Made by a program: the position numbers and the translations under genes. 64,000 nt of DNA, from positions 8,370,001 through 8,434,000 of the forward strand of contig CATNEN010000007.1 in the NCBI GenBank assembly GCA_950097015.1, read 5' to 3'. Within the stretch, counting starts at the first letter, position 1; each line of letters starts with the position of its first letter. Source of the stretch: Macrostomum hystrix. Taxonomy: Eukaryota > Animalia > Platyhelminthes. Shown here piece after piece: positions 36,508 through 50,345 of the stretch. Under the pieces are notes generated by a model, which had not been told where the DNA came from, made no database searches, and saw only the letters and a program-made list of their open reading frames with translations.

Positions 36508-38070
36508 CCGGGACAGCAGGCGCTCGTGTGCTGCTGTATGCGGCGGCTGCATTGAAGACTAGAACCCTAGATTGCATGATTGCTTAGAGCTGGGGTCAGC
36601 AACCTGTGGACTAGGTACGTCTCCGGTCTGTCCGTACCAGTCCAACACCTGTCCCCTATCTCATCTCTCACCTCCACCCGTCTCATCTCTCACCTGTATT
36701 CTCTTTCTCCTGTCTTATCTCTTCGCTGTCAATCCGGCCCGCTGTCATTTTTAAATCCTCTCTTTGGTCACATAGTTACATAACTCCATGAGGTTGCCAA
36801 CCTTGAGGCTAGAGTGTTCGTTATTAAAATGCGTTTAAGCTACTGAGTAGTTAGTAGTTAGAAAGTATATGTTAATTTATTTATAAATTGCTTTGAATTA
36901 GTTTAGGAGAGAATTTCATTCCAACACGCTGCCACAAGTCCCTAGTCAATAGAGCAGCTCAAATTCCTGGTGTGATTTCTTGTGATTGATTTACTGCCAC
37001 AATCTGTATTGATACAACTAGTAATACTATATTAGTGATGCTTGATAACTAAATTTATTCATCTCTAGTGCTGTCAGAAAGTTCATTAGAGCTCATTAAT
37101 GATTCCCGATTCTATCTATTTCATTTCAGTTTTCGCAGTAAATCAATCTTTTATTGCGATCAATTTACTTCTTGACTTGCTAGTTATAGCTACATTTTTC
37201 ATTTGAATGAGAAAGTCTGTATATCTTTTATTGGCTTATTAACTAACACCTAACAAAAACACACCGGGTACAATGAAAGTAATTTGTTCCACTTTTAAAC
37301 AAAATTGCTTTCCTCAATTTTGCTTTTCTTTATCCACATACTTTATTCATTCATTATATTTGTCTTACTTTTTACAGTCACACATTTGAGTCGCGCTTGA
37401 AAATATGTAAGCCCACTGTACTTATTGATGAAATAAAAGCAGAGAAAAGACACAGATATTTCTTCCACTGATCTGGTAATTAACCGAAATTAACCGAAGA
37501 AATTCGGTTATATTCCTTCTTGAAATTTGATTTCTTGAGTAAATGCTTTTCGCCTACTGTGACTAGAATACTCGTACAGGCATCTTTATTTATGAGTAGT
37601 CTACGAAGTATAATGCATCTTAACACACTTTCCCGCTTGTCAACTGGGTCACCGAACGCTAAAACTGTCTTTTTCCAGATATTAACCATTGATGCTGGAT
37701 AAGTGTCTCTAGTACCAATGGTATTAACTAAGACTTTATAAGGTTATGTGTTTTTATAGGTATATTGATGTATTCTACAATGGAAACCAGCTTTGTTAAA
37801 GTCAGGCAATTAATGATAGATTCACACAATGCTTTTGAGTGCGTTAACAGTAGAACGAACTACCAAGGGGAGGGGGGATTCCTCCCAGACAATTTTATGT
37901 GCTGCACCCGAACGGAGCAACGCACGCACACGAAACTCAAGAACACGGGCCAACTATTTGTTGCGCATCTTCTGAAACCACCCAACGCTTTTAACAATCA
38001 GACGTTGCCAAAAAACCCCCCTTGGTATAAAAACTGGCGGAAAAATGGCATGGCGCCTGAGTGGTCGGAT

Positions 38071-39869
38071 CACTACTGTAACGCACCCAGTTTCCTAATG
38101 CTCCCCTGACCACTACTGTAACGCACCCAGTTTCCTAATGCTCCCCTGACCACTACTGTAACGCACCCAGTTTCCTAATGCTCCCCTGACCACTACTGTA
38201 ACGCACCCAGTTTCCTAATGCTCCCCTGATCACTACTGTAACGCACCCAGTTTCCTAATGCTCCCCTGACCACTACTGTAACGCACCCAGTTTCCTAATG
38301 CTCCCCTGACCACTGCTGTAACGCACCCAGTTTCCTAATGCTCCCCTGACCACTACTGTAACGCACCCAGTTTCCTAATGCTCCCCTGACCACTACTGTA
38401 ACGCACCCAGTTTCCTAATGCTCCCCTGACCACTACTGTAACGAACCCAGTTTCCTAATGCTCCCCTGACCACTACTGTAACGCACCCAGTTTCCTAATG
38501 TTCCCCTGACCACTACTGTAACGCACCCAGTTTCCTAATGCTCCCCTGACCACTATTGTAACGCACCCAGTTTCCTAATGCTCCCCTGACCACTTCTGTA
38601 ACGCACCCAGTTTCCTAATGCTCCCCTGACCACTACTGTAACGCACCCAGTTTCCTAATGCTCCCCTGACCACTACTGTAACGAACCCAGTTTCCTAATG
38701 CTCCCCTGACCACTACTGTAACGAACCCAGTTTCCTAATGCTCCCCTGACCACTACTGTAACGCACCCAGTTTCCTAATGTTCCCCTGACCACTACTGTA
38801 ACGCACCCAGTTTCCTAATGCTCCCCTGACCACTACTGTAACGCACCCAGTTTCCTAATGCTCCCCTGACCACTACTGTAACGCACCCAGTTTCCTAATG
38901 CTCCCCTGACCACTACTGTAACGAACCCAGTTTCCTAATGCTCCCCTGACCACTACTGTAACGAACCCAGTTTCCTAATGCTCCCCTGACCACTACTGTA
39001 ACGAACCCAGTTTCCTAATGCTCCCCTGACCACTACTGTAACGAACCCAGTTTCCTAATGCTCCCCTGACCACTACTGTAACGCACCCAGTTTCCTAATG
39101 CTCCCCTGACCACTACTGTAACGCACCCAGTTTCCTAATGCTCTCCTGACCACTACTGTAACGAACCCAGTTTCCTAATGCTCCCCTGACCACTACTGTA
39201 ACGAACCCAGTTTCCTAATGCTCCCCTGACCACTACTGTAACGAACCCAGTTTCCTAATGCTCCCCTGACCACTACTGTAACGCACCCAGTTTCCTAATG
39301 CTCTCCTGACCACTACTGTAACGAACCCAGTTTCCTAATGCTCCCCTGACCACTACTGTAACGAACCCAGTTTCCTAATGCTCCCCTGACCACTACTGTA
39401 ATGAACCCAGTTTCCTAATGCTCCCCTGACCACTACTGTAACGCACCCAGTTTCCTAATGCTCCCCTGACCACTACTGTAACGCACCCAGTTTCCTAATG
39501 CTACCCTGACCACTACTGTAACGCACCCAGTTTCCTAATGCTCCCCTGACCACTACTGTAACGTACCCAGTTTCCTAATGCTCCCCTGACCACTACTGTA
39601 ACGAACCCAGTTTCCTAATGCTCCCCTGACCACTACTGTAACGAACCCAGTTTCCTAATGCTCCCCTGACCACTACTGTAACGCACCCAGTTTCCTAATG
39701 CTCCCCTGACCACTACTGTAACGCACCCAGTTTCCTAATGCTACCCTGACCACTACTGTAACGCACCCAGTTTCCTAATGCTCCCCTGACCACTACTGTA
39801 ACGCACCCAGTTTCCTAATGCTCCCCTGACCACTACTGTAACGCACCCAGTTTCCTAATGCTCCCCTGA
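38071..39869. repeat. 40-bp minisatellite CACTACTGTAACGCACCCAGTTTCCTAATGCTCCCCTGAC, ~45 copies
   Basis: Near-perfect array with no spacers. Confidence 0.98.
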
Positions 39870-41354
39870 GTTTTGACATTCCCTTGGTTTACGATCATTT
39901 TTCACCAGCATTTCAATTCACGATCCCAATGTATTTTTTCCATTTCAGAGATTATGGTTTGCTTGAAGGAAACTAAAATTGATAAACAGTGCTCACTCAT
40001 TTCATTAAAAAACTAAAGATTTTACCATAGGCAAAAACCACAAGAGGAGGAAGTGTCTAAATTGAATAATCACTGTTTAAATCGAATTTCAGCTGGCTAT
40101 AATTGAATTTGCGTTTGTCTAAATTTAATATTCGAATGCTTGTCTTAAAATAAACTGTCGAAAAAGAATATTGAGTTGTCTAAATCACAGATAATATGTA
40201 ACTGTTATATATTATCTGTGGTCTAAATTGAATATCGGGTGTGTTGAAATCGATTGGAAAGGTGTAGCAAAACAATGCACTATTTGCTCGGCTCATACAA
40301 TCGGGTTCAAAGACTACGACCAGTTGCATCTGACTGGCTGTGAGCAGTGGACTTCAGTTGGCCAGGGGTTGGCCAAGGTAATGCCCAAATGGCTGCAGAG
40401 CCCATTGGGACGAGTTCTGCCGTTGAAGGAAAGAGACTTGTGGGGACTGAGAGGTCGATTTCTTGGACTTTGTGAGCACTAGAGTGAGCACTGCATTGAG
40501 TTGCCAGGCAAGTAGGCAAGGGACTGCACCGCTTTGGGATATCTCTCCCTTCCTTCGCTCACACTCTGCTTCTCTTCCCAAATGGCATGCCCAACCGAGT
40601 CAGCTGATCGCCTCGCTCTTCTTGGCCAATCCTCGCCGTCCGGTGGGCCGAGCGTCCTTTTCTTAAGCCCCCCGAGCCCGCTTTCGTTTTCTCGCTATCC
40701 CGCTCTGCCCGCACCCCCGTCTCTTCCCCTTTACTCGCGTCTCTCCTGACCAACCTCTTGGCCTGCGCTCTGCAGTCCCTTCTCTACAGCGCACAGCATC
40801 TGCACTTCCCGGCAGCATCCCCGGAGCCGCTCTCTCCTCACCGCCCACCCCTCTGTGCCGCAGTTTATTACCGCACCCGCCGGGTAGGTAGCAGTCTGGC
40901 CGGGCGGGCGGTCCCAGCTGAAACAGCTAGTGCATCCGGCTCGCCGCACCTGCAGCTGCTCAGACTAGGCACCTGAATGCACTCCTCCTGGCCGCGGAGG
41001 CTGGCCGTCAGTGCTTGATCTGAGTCGCAGCGTTCTTCATCTTCGAATCCGACCCTGGAGCCGCCAAGTGAGGCTTTGCGCTGTCGTGAGATAAGGACTA
41101 TTGTTGAGTTGTATAATCGTATGCCGTATTTGCTTTGCGTGAGCTGGAAACTGAATTACAATGTGGGTCGCCATAGCGACCGGGCAGATCTGGTCGATAT
41201 GCGAGTTACTCGCCATGCCGTTTTTCATCGCGCCTGCAGTTTTAAATCACTCGGTAGTTTGACTATCGAGGCTTATGCAAATGGAGTTTCTACTGCTAGC
41301 TGTAAAACTAGCGGTTGAATCCTCATTCCACCCTGCTTTCCCATTCGACCGAAG

Positions 41355-41815
41355 GTCCCAGCGCCCAGTCATCTTCGGGTGCCTCTCCCGGTCCCGGTGG
41401 CTCCTCTGCTAGCTCCGGCTCTGGCAGCGGGGGCAGCAAGACCTTCCAGGTGTATCTGAGCGGCAGCCCCGGCTCACCTGGCGGAGCCCGCACCTACGCC
41501 TGCGTGCACTGCCGCGCACACCTGGCCGCGCACGCCGACCTCATCAGCAAGAGCTTCCAGGGCAGCCAGGGCCGCGCCTACTTGTTCGACCGGGTGGTGA
41601 ACGTGACAGCAGGGCCAGCTGAGGACCGCCAGCTGCTGACTGGGCTGCACAGCGTGGCGGACATCCAGTGCCAGGGCTGCCGCACCATCCTGGGCTGGAA
41701 GTACGAGCGGGCCTTCGAGAGCTCACAGCGCTACAAGGAGGGCAAGTACATCATCGAGCTGGCGCACCTCATCAAGGACAACGGCTGGGACTCCGACGAG
41801 CCCGAGGCACTCTGA
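41355..41815 (+). CDS. YPEL: Yippee-like protein (YPEL1-4 type), main coding exon; start codon unresolved
   Basis: [80 protein letters not shown]. No ATG in this exon; probable phase-1 acceptor at 41354. Confidence 0.92.
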
Positions 41816-44331
41816 ACTCTGCTAGATGCAGGTGCGGCTCCACGGCTTGCATAACTTGGCCATTCTCTGCTGCAGTCAGCCGGTATACCCGCATGCAAAC
41901 TCGTCTACAAATTTCAGCTTCGACAACTTCCAATAACTCGGACAACCGGATTTTTCTAGGAGGTTTTTCCCCTACCTGCACTCCTTTCACTCTGCGTGTC
42001 GTAAGTGTCCTTTCCGTTTCTAAAACTGCGAAATTTGGCACCTGTCAAATCTCTTGCTATACGTTTGCTCTTCCGTTTCACTCTGTTGGAGACTTCCGCA
42101 CTGGAGACCAGGCGTTGGGCACGGGCATCGGATGCGCTCCCGCCAGTGTTGGGGGGGGGATCAAGCATTCTCCCATGGGACAGCGGCGCGCTCTCTCCCT
42201 CCCGTTCCCACCGTATACACAGCCATTCTGGTACACCTCAGTGCGGCGCCGGACGAAAAAGAGACAGGGAAGAGTCTGTGCAGAAAATCTGATTAACTCC
42301 CCTGGGCGATTTATCCGCTTCCCGTTCTATCCTCGCTTATCTTTTCTCCCATTTTTAACATCGGAGCTCACCCACAGTCTCCACCCAAAGCCTCATAAAC
42401 CTAAACCGATTTCAAAGAAGGCAAGAAGCCTTCCTTCTGCAGAATGACACGAAGAAGTTGCAGAAACGGACTCATAAATCTCCCGAAATTATTCATTAAC
42501 ATTTGTTATTCTCTTCTTCATGACGTCTGAACAAATCTCTCATATTTAATTCCTTTTCAGTGCCCATTTTCTACATGACGTCTCAATCAGAATTCCTCAT
42601 CGGTCGAGCTGCATCGCAGGAACAATTTATTTTAATCGATTCTCTCCAGTCCAAATGAAGTACAGGAGCCATCCCGCTTGCTTATTTTACGGCGAAATCG
42701 GCTGAAAAATACCATCATGATGCGCAGATGATATTGAGCAGAGATGAATTATATTTGCTATATAATACGTACTGTACACATAAATGTTTTATAAATCTGT
42801 TTTGTAAATATTAATGTCTACACAGGTAACGAAGCAGAGCATATAATATACACAACAATACACAGTCATTATTGATTACAACTCGTAAATATAAGATTGT
42901 CAATCATTTACATGACTGAATATACCGATTTATTTAAAAAAGGACTTAAGTTTTAGTTAACTAAGTGAATAAAAATAGCACACAATTAAACGGCATGAGC
43001 GTGAGTTCGAATATAAGATACGCGTGTGCGTGTCAGTGCGAGAGAGAGCTTTGAGATCTGTACGTGCAAACCCGGTGTCTTAAAGTAGTAATTTTTCATG
43101 CGTACAAAAGTAACTTTTCTCTAATTAAATTTATTTAACCGAATTTATTATATCAGTTATAGTATATTCAAAGTAATGATCAGCGTTAGGACAATATACA
43201 TTCAATATATCAGAGGGCTCCGAACAGACCATAGTGGCATAGCATATATATAATTATATACTCTGGAAAATGCAATATATGCACAGAAAATATAGCTGAT
43301 AAACAGTAATTCGTCTTCTTAATTATTATTATGATGGGAATCTAATTCAAGCGACGAGTAAATATTTTTGTTATTCCCCTATTGACATTGCTTTCTTTGT
43401 TTATTTATTTAGTTTATTTCTAAGAAAATGTTTAAATGTCGATCCTATGTAAAATTTTGACTGAGTAAAATAAATAAGTGGGCTTTATATATCTAAGTAG
43501 GTATATTAACATTTCACAATGGATTCTATAAAATAAGACGTGTACAAGTTGTCTTTCAAGTATTAAGTTTAAAAGTAGGATTGCTAATGCTAATAGACTA
43601 GTTTTTCATTTTTGTAATAAGCCTTTGGCCATACGCCAAAGCCTAGATTACCTTAGTAAGGTAGTGTTTAGTTTTGTTTTTTAAGTTTTTGATTTTCTGG
43701 CATCGATTTTTAACTTGGTTTTAACAGTAAATTTTAATAGTTCTAAAGAATCTAAGGCTATGCATCCTTAGTCTGATGTAAGCTGCAGCCTACACTCCTG
43801 AAGTAATCTAAGTCAAAGTTAAACATTTTAATTATTTTTCATTTCTAATCAAATTCATCAACTTAATAACACACTTATCATCTAAGCAGCCTAGGCTCTG
43901 TGCTCCTATATACTTTAGATGCCCCTTAGTTACTTATTATCTAAACTCTAAAGTCTTCTACTAGGTTGTGGCTTCAAGCACACTGGGCCCCTGGTCAAGT
44001 TTGTTATGTAATGTATATCTTCAATGTTTATACTACTGTAGGGCCTATATTATGATCATGGGCAGATCTGGCCAACATATATTTAAATAAATAAAAATGT
44101 AAAATTTTTATTTAAATACTTATATGTTAAATTTTTCTTCTTAACTGCTATACAAGGGCATCTAGAATACTAAGGTAAAAATAATGTGAATTTTTTAAAA
44201 GTGCTTTTTCTGGAAAATTTACTGTGTGAAGATTTTCTTTTCACATATAAAATAAGAGATTGCAATTGATTGGAAACAGCTAAATGTTTTTTAATACTTG
44301 TTGTCTGTATTATTGTGTTTTGCTGAATGTT

Positions 44332-44611
44332 CATACATGCGCAACACCCGGCTGACCCGGCCGAACCGGCCGGGTGAAACGAGGGCCAAGCAAGGTAAGT
44401 CGCAAAAACCAATCGACCAAGCGCCAAAAAATCAAAGGGGGGACCAAGGGACAAAAAGGAAGGCGTGAAGAAAAGGAAAAAGGGGAGAGAAAAAGAGAGC
44501 AAATGAGAGCAAACTAAGTCGTAAATAGAGCAATGAAATGAACTAAGTCGCAAATGAGAGCAAAAACTAAGTCGCAAGGCCGGCTAAGATTTGGGAGGTT
44601 GCGCATGTATG
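44332..44611 (-). mobile_element. hAT-type MITE, copy 3 (inverted, longest)
   Basis: Perfect TIRs CATACATGCGCAAC; 8-bp TSD TGAATGTT. Confidence 0.93.
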
Positions 44612-45802
44612 TGAATGTTATATAGTTTTGTTTCTATTAACTAGATTTTTGTGTTGTTTTTAGTCAATATATCAATAGCATAGAAATAAATGACAAAAGT
44701 GAATTAATAACTTAGCTGTCCAGTCTTGTACAATAGGCATAAAATATTAGATTTGTAACTATAGGTCTGTAGCTCAGTACTATGAAACCATGAGTATGAA
44801 ACAATGATTACATAAAGGTTTAATGTACCTTACCTTGTTGCTTATGGCATAGCTTTTCTATGTCACACATTACAATGTTGTCTGAATTCACTACTTTGAT
44901 ATCTAGTTATATCTAATATTGATATCTAAGATGTTTTTATCTTTGCAATATAGTAGGATAGGATAGTATTACTCTGAATAAAGTAATAGTTTACAGGAAA
45001 ATGTGTAACAGATTATAAATATGCAATAAGGTAGAAATGTATAACATTGAATCTCTAGTTAATTAATTAAATTAGAATTAAAAATGGCCTACTGAGTGGT
45101 CTCTGAAAAAAATAATGGAAGGATACAAGGTTGTCATTAGCAACACAATTGGACACATTTACAACTCAATATTTGCAATGACGGTGCAACTGCAAAAAGC
45201 TGTTGTATTCTCAGTTGATGGACAGCACAATACTTTGTAGCTATGGCAATAGGATTTGTGGAAATTTTAAACTATGATGCTTATAGCAAGTCAGAGTTTG
45301 AGCCAATGACAGCATCTATCACAGCTCCTGTCAATGGCTGTTGCCTAAAACTCTGACTTCCAATGAGCCCTCCATTGCTCGCAGCCCTCCTGCAAATATT
45401 GTTGTATTAAAGCACTAGAGAATCAAGTGTCTTGCTTAAGGTCACACACATTCTAAGTGGGGTAAGATCCCACCTGCTGACCCTTTTTGTCAGAAGCCCA
45501 AATCTCTAAGCGCTAAGTTGGAGGCTTAGTCATATTCAAGAAATGATTGTCTGTATTAAAATTCACAAGCAGATGCTCTACTTAGGAATTCACGATCAAT
45601 TGTTTATTTTATATACATAATTTTAAATTATGTATTAAACTATGTGCTGCACCTCACATTCTAATCCACAGCTTGGCGCTGGCAAATCCTGCTATATTGC
45701 TAATCTGCGGCGGTGAGCAGCGTTAATCGCTCTCCCAATCTTCTACTTCTTGACTGCAACCTCCTAGCCAAACTCTCTACTCACCTTAGTGACCCATTAG
45801 CG

Positions 45803-48800
45803 ATGCCGCTTGCAGTCAAGGACGCTGATGCCAGCGGTCCCGGCGGCTTCCCAGTCATTGAGCTCTACCAGTTGGACAAGCGCAAATTCTTCCCATTGTC
45901 AACTGTGGGCTCCCTCACTGTGCAGGTAGTGACCTACCCACTGACCCTGCTGCGCACCCGCCTGCAGCTCCAGGAGGGGCGCACAGTCTACCGCGGCCTG
46001 CTGCACTGCTTCCGCACTGTGCTCAGCCAGGAGGGAGTGCGCGGTCTCTACGCCGGCTTCTGGGTGAAGAACTTCCAGGTGAGCTGTTGTTCTTCTTGTT
46101 GTTTTATAAGGCACTCGAGAGTATGCGCGTGCTGGAAGCCCTCAAAAAGCCCGTGCTGGAAGTGATTACCCATGCTGGATGTCCTTGCTGGAAGCCCTCA
46201 AAAAGCCCGTGCTGGAAGCCCATGCTGGAGGCCATCACCCATGCTGGATGTCCTTGCTGGAAGCCCGTGCTGGAAGCACTCAAAAATCCCGTGCTGGAAG
46301 CCATCACCCATGCTGGAAGCCATCACCCATGCTGGATGTCCTTGCTGGAAGTCCGTGCTGGAAGCCATCACCCATGCTGGATGTCCTTGCTGGAAGCCCG
46401 TGCTGGAAGCCCTCAAAAAGTCCGTGCTGGAAGCCATCAAAAGGCCCGTGGTTGAAGCCCTCAAAAAGCCCGTGCTGGAAGCTGCAAGTCCTTGCTTGAT
46501 GCCCGTGCTGGAAGTGCTTGCTGGAAGATATTTGCTGGAAGCTCTTTCCCCTAGAGTTACGTTGAGCAAGTGAGAAAAGACATTGTTTCACCCAGCCATT
46601 GGCATATGTTCAGAAATCCTACATTCGATCTCGCAGAGTAGCTGCTGTTCATTATGTAGAATTATGATTTTGAGTAGTATGGACTCAAAAAAACCGTAAA
46701 CCAGGTGCTGAGCTCCGTGATGTACGCCTACACCTACGAGCGGGTGCGCGAGGACACTCGCGGCATGTCGCCAGCAATGCGCAGCTTCCTTGGCGGCGGC
46801 TGCGCCTCGCTGGTCTCCCAGACGGTCCTGGTGCCGTTGGACGTTGTGTCGCAACACCTGCAGGTTCTGTCCAGGGCACCCGGGGCCGCTTCTTACTCGC
46901 TGACGCCGATCTGCATCACAGAGGCGGAGGCGCGCAGTGCGCCAGGCCGGGCCATTGCCGTGGTGCGTGCCCTGTACAGGAGAAACGGCCTGGCCGCGTT
47001 CTACAAGGTAAGGATCAATAAACCACTAAAGGTGTAAGGTCACATTTTATAATACTGTGTCAGTTACCCCAGACTGTCAGTTATCCCAGACTGTCAGTTA
47101 TCCCAGACTGTCAGTTATCCCAGACTGTCAGTTATCCCAGACTGTCAGTTATCCCAGACTGTCAGTTACCCCAGACTGTCAGTTATCCCAGACTGTTAGT
47201 TACCCCAGACTGTCAGTTACCCCAGACTGTTAGTTATCTCAGACTGTCAGTTACCCCAGACTGTCAGTTATCCCAGACTGTCAGTTACCCCAGACTGTCA
47301 GTTATTCCAGACTGTCAGTTACCCCCGACTGTCAGTTATCTCAGACTGTCAGTTACCCCAGGCCGTTAGTTATCCCAGACTGTCATTTATCCCAGAGTGT
47401 CAGTTGTCAGTAATCCCAGACTGTCAGTTATCCCACACTGTCAGTTATCCCACACTGTCAAATATTCCATGCTGTCAGTTATCCCTAACAATCAGTTATT
47501 CCAGACTGTTAGTTATCCCAGACTGTTAGTTATCCCAGACTGTTAGTTATCCCAGAGTGTCAGTTATCCCAGACTGTTAGTTACCCCAGACTTTTAGTTA
47601 TCCCAGACTGTCAGTTATTCCCCCAGACTGTCAGTTATCCCCAGACTGTCAGTTATCCCCAGCCGGTCAGTTATTCTCAGACTGTCAGTTATTCCCCCAG
47701 AGTGTCAGTTATCCCCAGCCGGTCAGTTATTCCCAGACTGTCAGTTATTCTCAGACTGTCAGTTATTCCCCCAGAGTGTCAGTTATCCCAGACTGTTAGT
47801 TACCCCAGACTGTCAGTTATTCCCCCAGACTGTCAGTTATTCCCCCAGAGTGTCAGTTATCCCAGACTGTTAGTTATCCCAGACTGTCAGTTATTCCCCC
47901 AGACTGTCAGTTATCCCCAGTCTGTCAGTTATCCCCAGCCGGTCAGTTATCCCCAGCCGGTCAGTTATTCCCAGACTGTCAGTTATCCCCAGCATGTCAG
48001 TTATCCCAGACTGTCAGTTATTCCAGACTGTCAGTTATCCCAGACTGTCAGTTATCCCAGACTGTCAGTTATTCCAGACTGTCAGTTATTCCCGACTGTC
48101 AGTTATCCCCAGACTGTCAGTTATCCCAGACTGTCAGTTATTCCAGACTGTCAGTTATCCCAGACTGTCAGTTATCCCAGACTGTCAGTTATCCCCAGAC
48201 TGTCAGTTATCCCAGACTGTCAGTTATCCCCAGACTGTCAGTTACCCCAGACTTTCAGTTATTCCCAGACTGTCAGTTATCCCAGACTGTCAGTTATCCC
48301 AGACTGTCAGTTATCCCCAGCATGTCATTTATCCCCAGACTGTCAGTTATCCCAGACTGTCAGTTTTCCCGACTGTCAGTTATCCCAGACTGTCAGTTAT
48401 TCCCAGACTGTCAGTTATCCCAGACTGTCAGTTATTCTCAGACTGTCAGTTATTCCCCCAGACTGTCAGTTATCCCCAGCCGGTCAGTTATCCCCAGACT
48501 GTCAGTTATTCCAGACTGTCAGTTATTTCAGACTGTCAGTTATCCCTAGACTGTCAGTTATCCCCAGACTGTCAGTTGTCCGCTGACTTAAAATTATGCC
48601 GTCAGCCGGTTATCCCCAGCTGATAAATCCTCACGTTTTCACATCGCAAGGGTTACATGATCTCCGTGGCCCACTTCGTACCAAATTCGGCTCTCTGGTG
48701 GGGCTTCTACAATGTCTACTGCGACACGATTGGCCAAGCCGCGCTAGCCCTGATGTCCGTCAGCGCCTCCAGCCAATCAGTGGCCGACGGCTCCCGACAG

Positions 48801-49097
48801 GACCAGCTGCCGCCCCGCCTCCCAGTTCAGCTGGCGGCCGCGCCACTGTCCGGCATGTCCTCCGGCCTCATCACCAACCCCATCGATGTCGTGCGGGTTC
48901 GCATGCAGGTGGAGGGCCTGAGTCTGCCGGCCACCCTGCGCCGACTGTGGACCGAGGAGGGCGCCGCCTTCGTAGTGAAGGGCCTTAGCGCCCGCCTGCT
49001 GCAATCCTCGCTATTCAGCTTCTTCATCATCCTGTCCTACGAGCCAATCAAACGGTTCTCCCTCAAGGAGGAGTACAAGTCGTCCATCTCTTGGTGA
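45803..49097 (+). CDS. SLC25A44: Mitochondrial carrier SLC25A44-like, 3 exons, ~341 aa
   Basis: Model join(45803..46078, 46705..47007, 48651..49097), phase 0. Three carrier repeats (YPLTLLRTRLQ, VPLDVVSQHLQ, NPIDVVRVRMQ). Subfamily-like VIELYQLDKRKFF, PNSALWWGFY and SYEPIKRFSLK. Confidence 0.9.
46125..46545. repeat. Irregular intronic repeat built on (C)GTGCTGGAAGCC
   Basis: Inside SLC25A44 intron 1. Confidence 0.85.
47055..48620. repeat. ~17-20-bp intronic minisatellite GACTGTCAGTTATCCCA
   Basis: Fills almost all of SLC25A44 intron 2. Confidence 0.95.
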
Positions 49098-49689
49098 TCC
49101 CAGTCTTTTCCACTCCCCTTTCTTCCTTTTGTCCTCGGCTGGATGTGCGGCCTCCTAATCAGTGTACTTGACTTTGGGGCAGGGCAAGCGGCGACTGTGC
49201 TTGCCAGTGTCTGTGATAACAGCTCACACAGCCTGTCACCCCGGGCCTTTTCCTCTAGCCGTGTCGGTAACGCCAGCATTCCCTACTCCCTGGTGCGGAC
49301 AATATTAGCGCAGAAGTCATTTTGAAATTGAATTCTCGACTTGAATTTTTGTCTTTCTGCGCGATATATTTGTTGCCACTTAACTTCTGAGAAATTGTCA
49401 CTATTAACTAGATATAATAGCATATGATTCTACCAGACATTTTAGCTAGCACATTAATCAAACATTCATTTGTCGCTGCCTCATGTCTCAATAAAGGCCC
49501 ATTAATTTTTTCTAAACAGTACTGTCAGTAGTATATCGTGACTATTTTGTGCGCAAACATTCAAATACTTGTTGGCCTTTGCTACCTCCAAATGTCACGC
49601 GCGACCAACTGCAGCCTTGGGATTTGAAATATTTGTGTGGATGTTTTGTTGACCAGGGAGACAATTGAATGGAACAAAAATTGCTTACT

Positions 49690-50345
49690 AGAATCTAACC
49701 CTAGAGACAATTGGGATTTAGCCCAAGCGATGATTGGGATCTAACCCTAAAGAAAATTGGGATTTAGACCAAGCGATGATTGGGATCTAACCCTAGAGAC
49801 AATTGGGATCTAGCCCAAGCGATGATTGGGATCTAACCCTAGAGATAATTGGGATTAGACCAAGCGATAATTAAGATCTATTCCTAGAGATCATTAGGAT
49901 CTATCCGTTAAGATCATTGAGAACTAGCCTAAGAGACATTGTGATATAGACTTAGAGGTCATTGGGATCTAGCCATTGAGATCATTGGGATCTAGCCATT
50001 GAGATCATTGAGAATTAGCCATTGAGATCATTGGGATCTAGCCATTGAGATCATTGAGAATTAGCCACTGAGATCATTGAGAATTAGCCATTGAGATCAT
50101 TGGGATCTAGCCACTGAGATCATTGAGAATTAGCCACTGAGATCATTGAGAATTAGCCATTGAGATCATTGGGATCTAGTCATTGAGATCATTGAGAATT
50201 AGCCATTGAGATCATTGAGAATTAGCCATTGAGATCATTGGGATCTAGCCATTGAGATCATTGAGAACTAGCCTAACAGACATTGTGATCTAGACTTAGA
50301 GGTCTAGACTTGGGATCTAACCCAAGAATACATATCATTGGGATC
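49690..50345. repeat. Degenerate ~23-bp minisatellite GAGATCATTGGGATCTAGCCATT
   Basis: Tandem degenerate copies. Confidence 0.88.

Noticed and set aside
38071-39869. CRISPR-like appearance of the 40-bp array (also the 32-, 34- and 31-bp arrays)
   Set aside because: Head-to-tail repeats without unique spacers, no cas genes, and a eukaryotic context.
47702-48623. ORFs of SVIPDCQL repeats
   Set aside because: Intronic minisatellite within SLC25A44.
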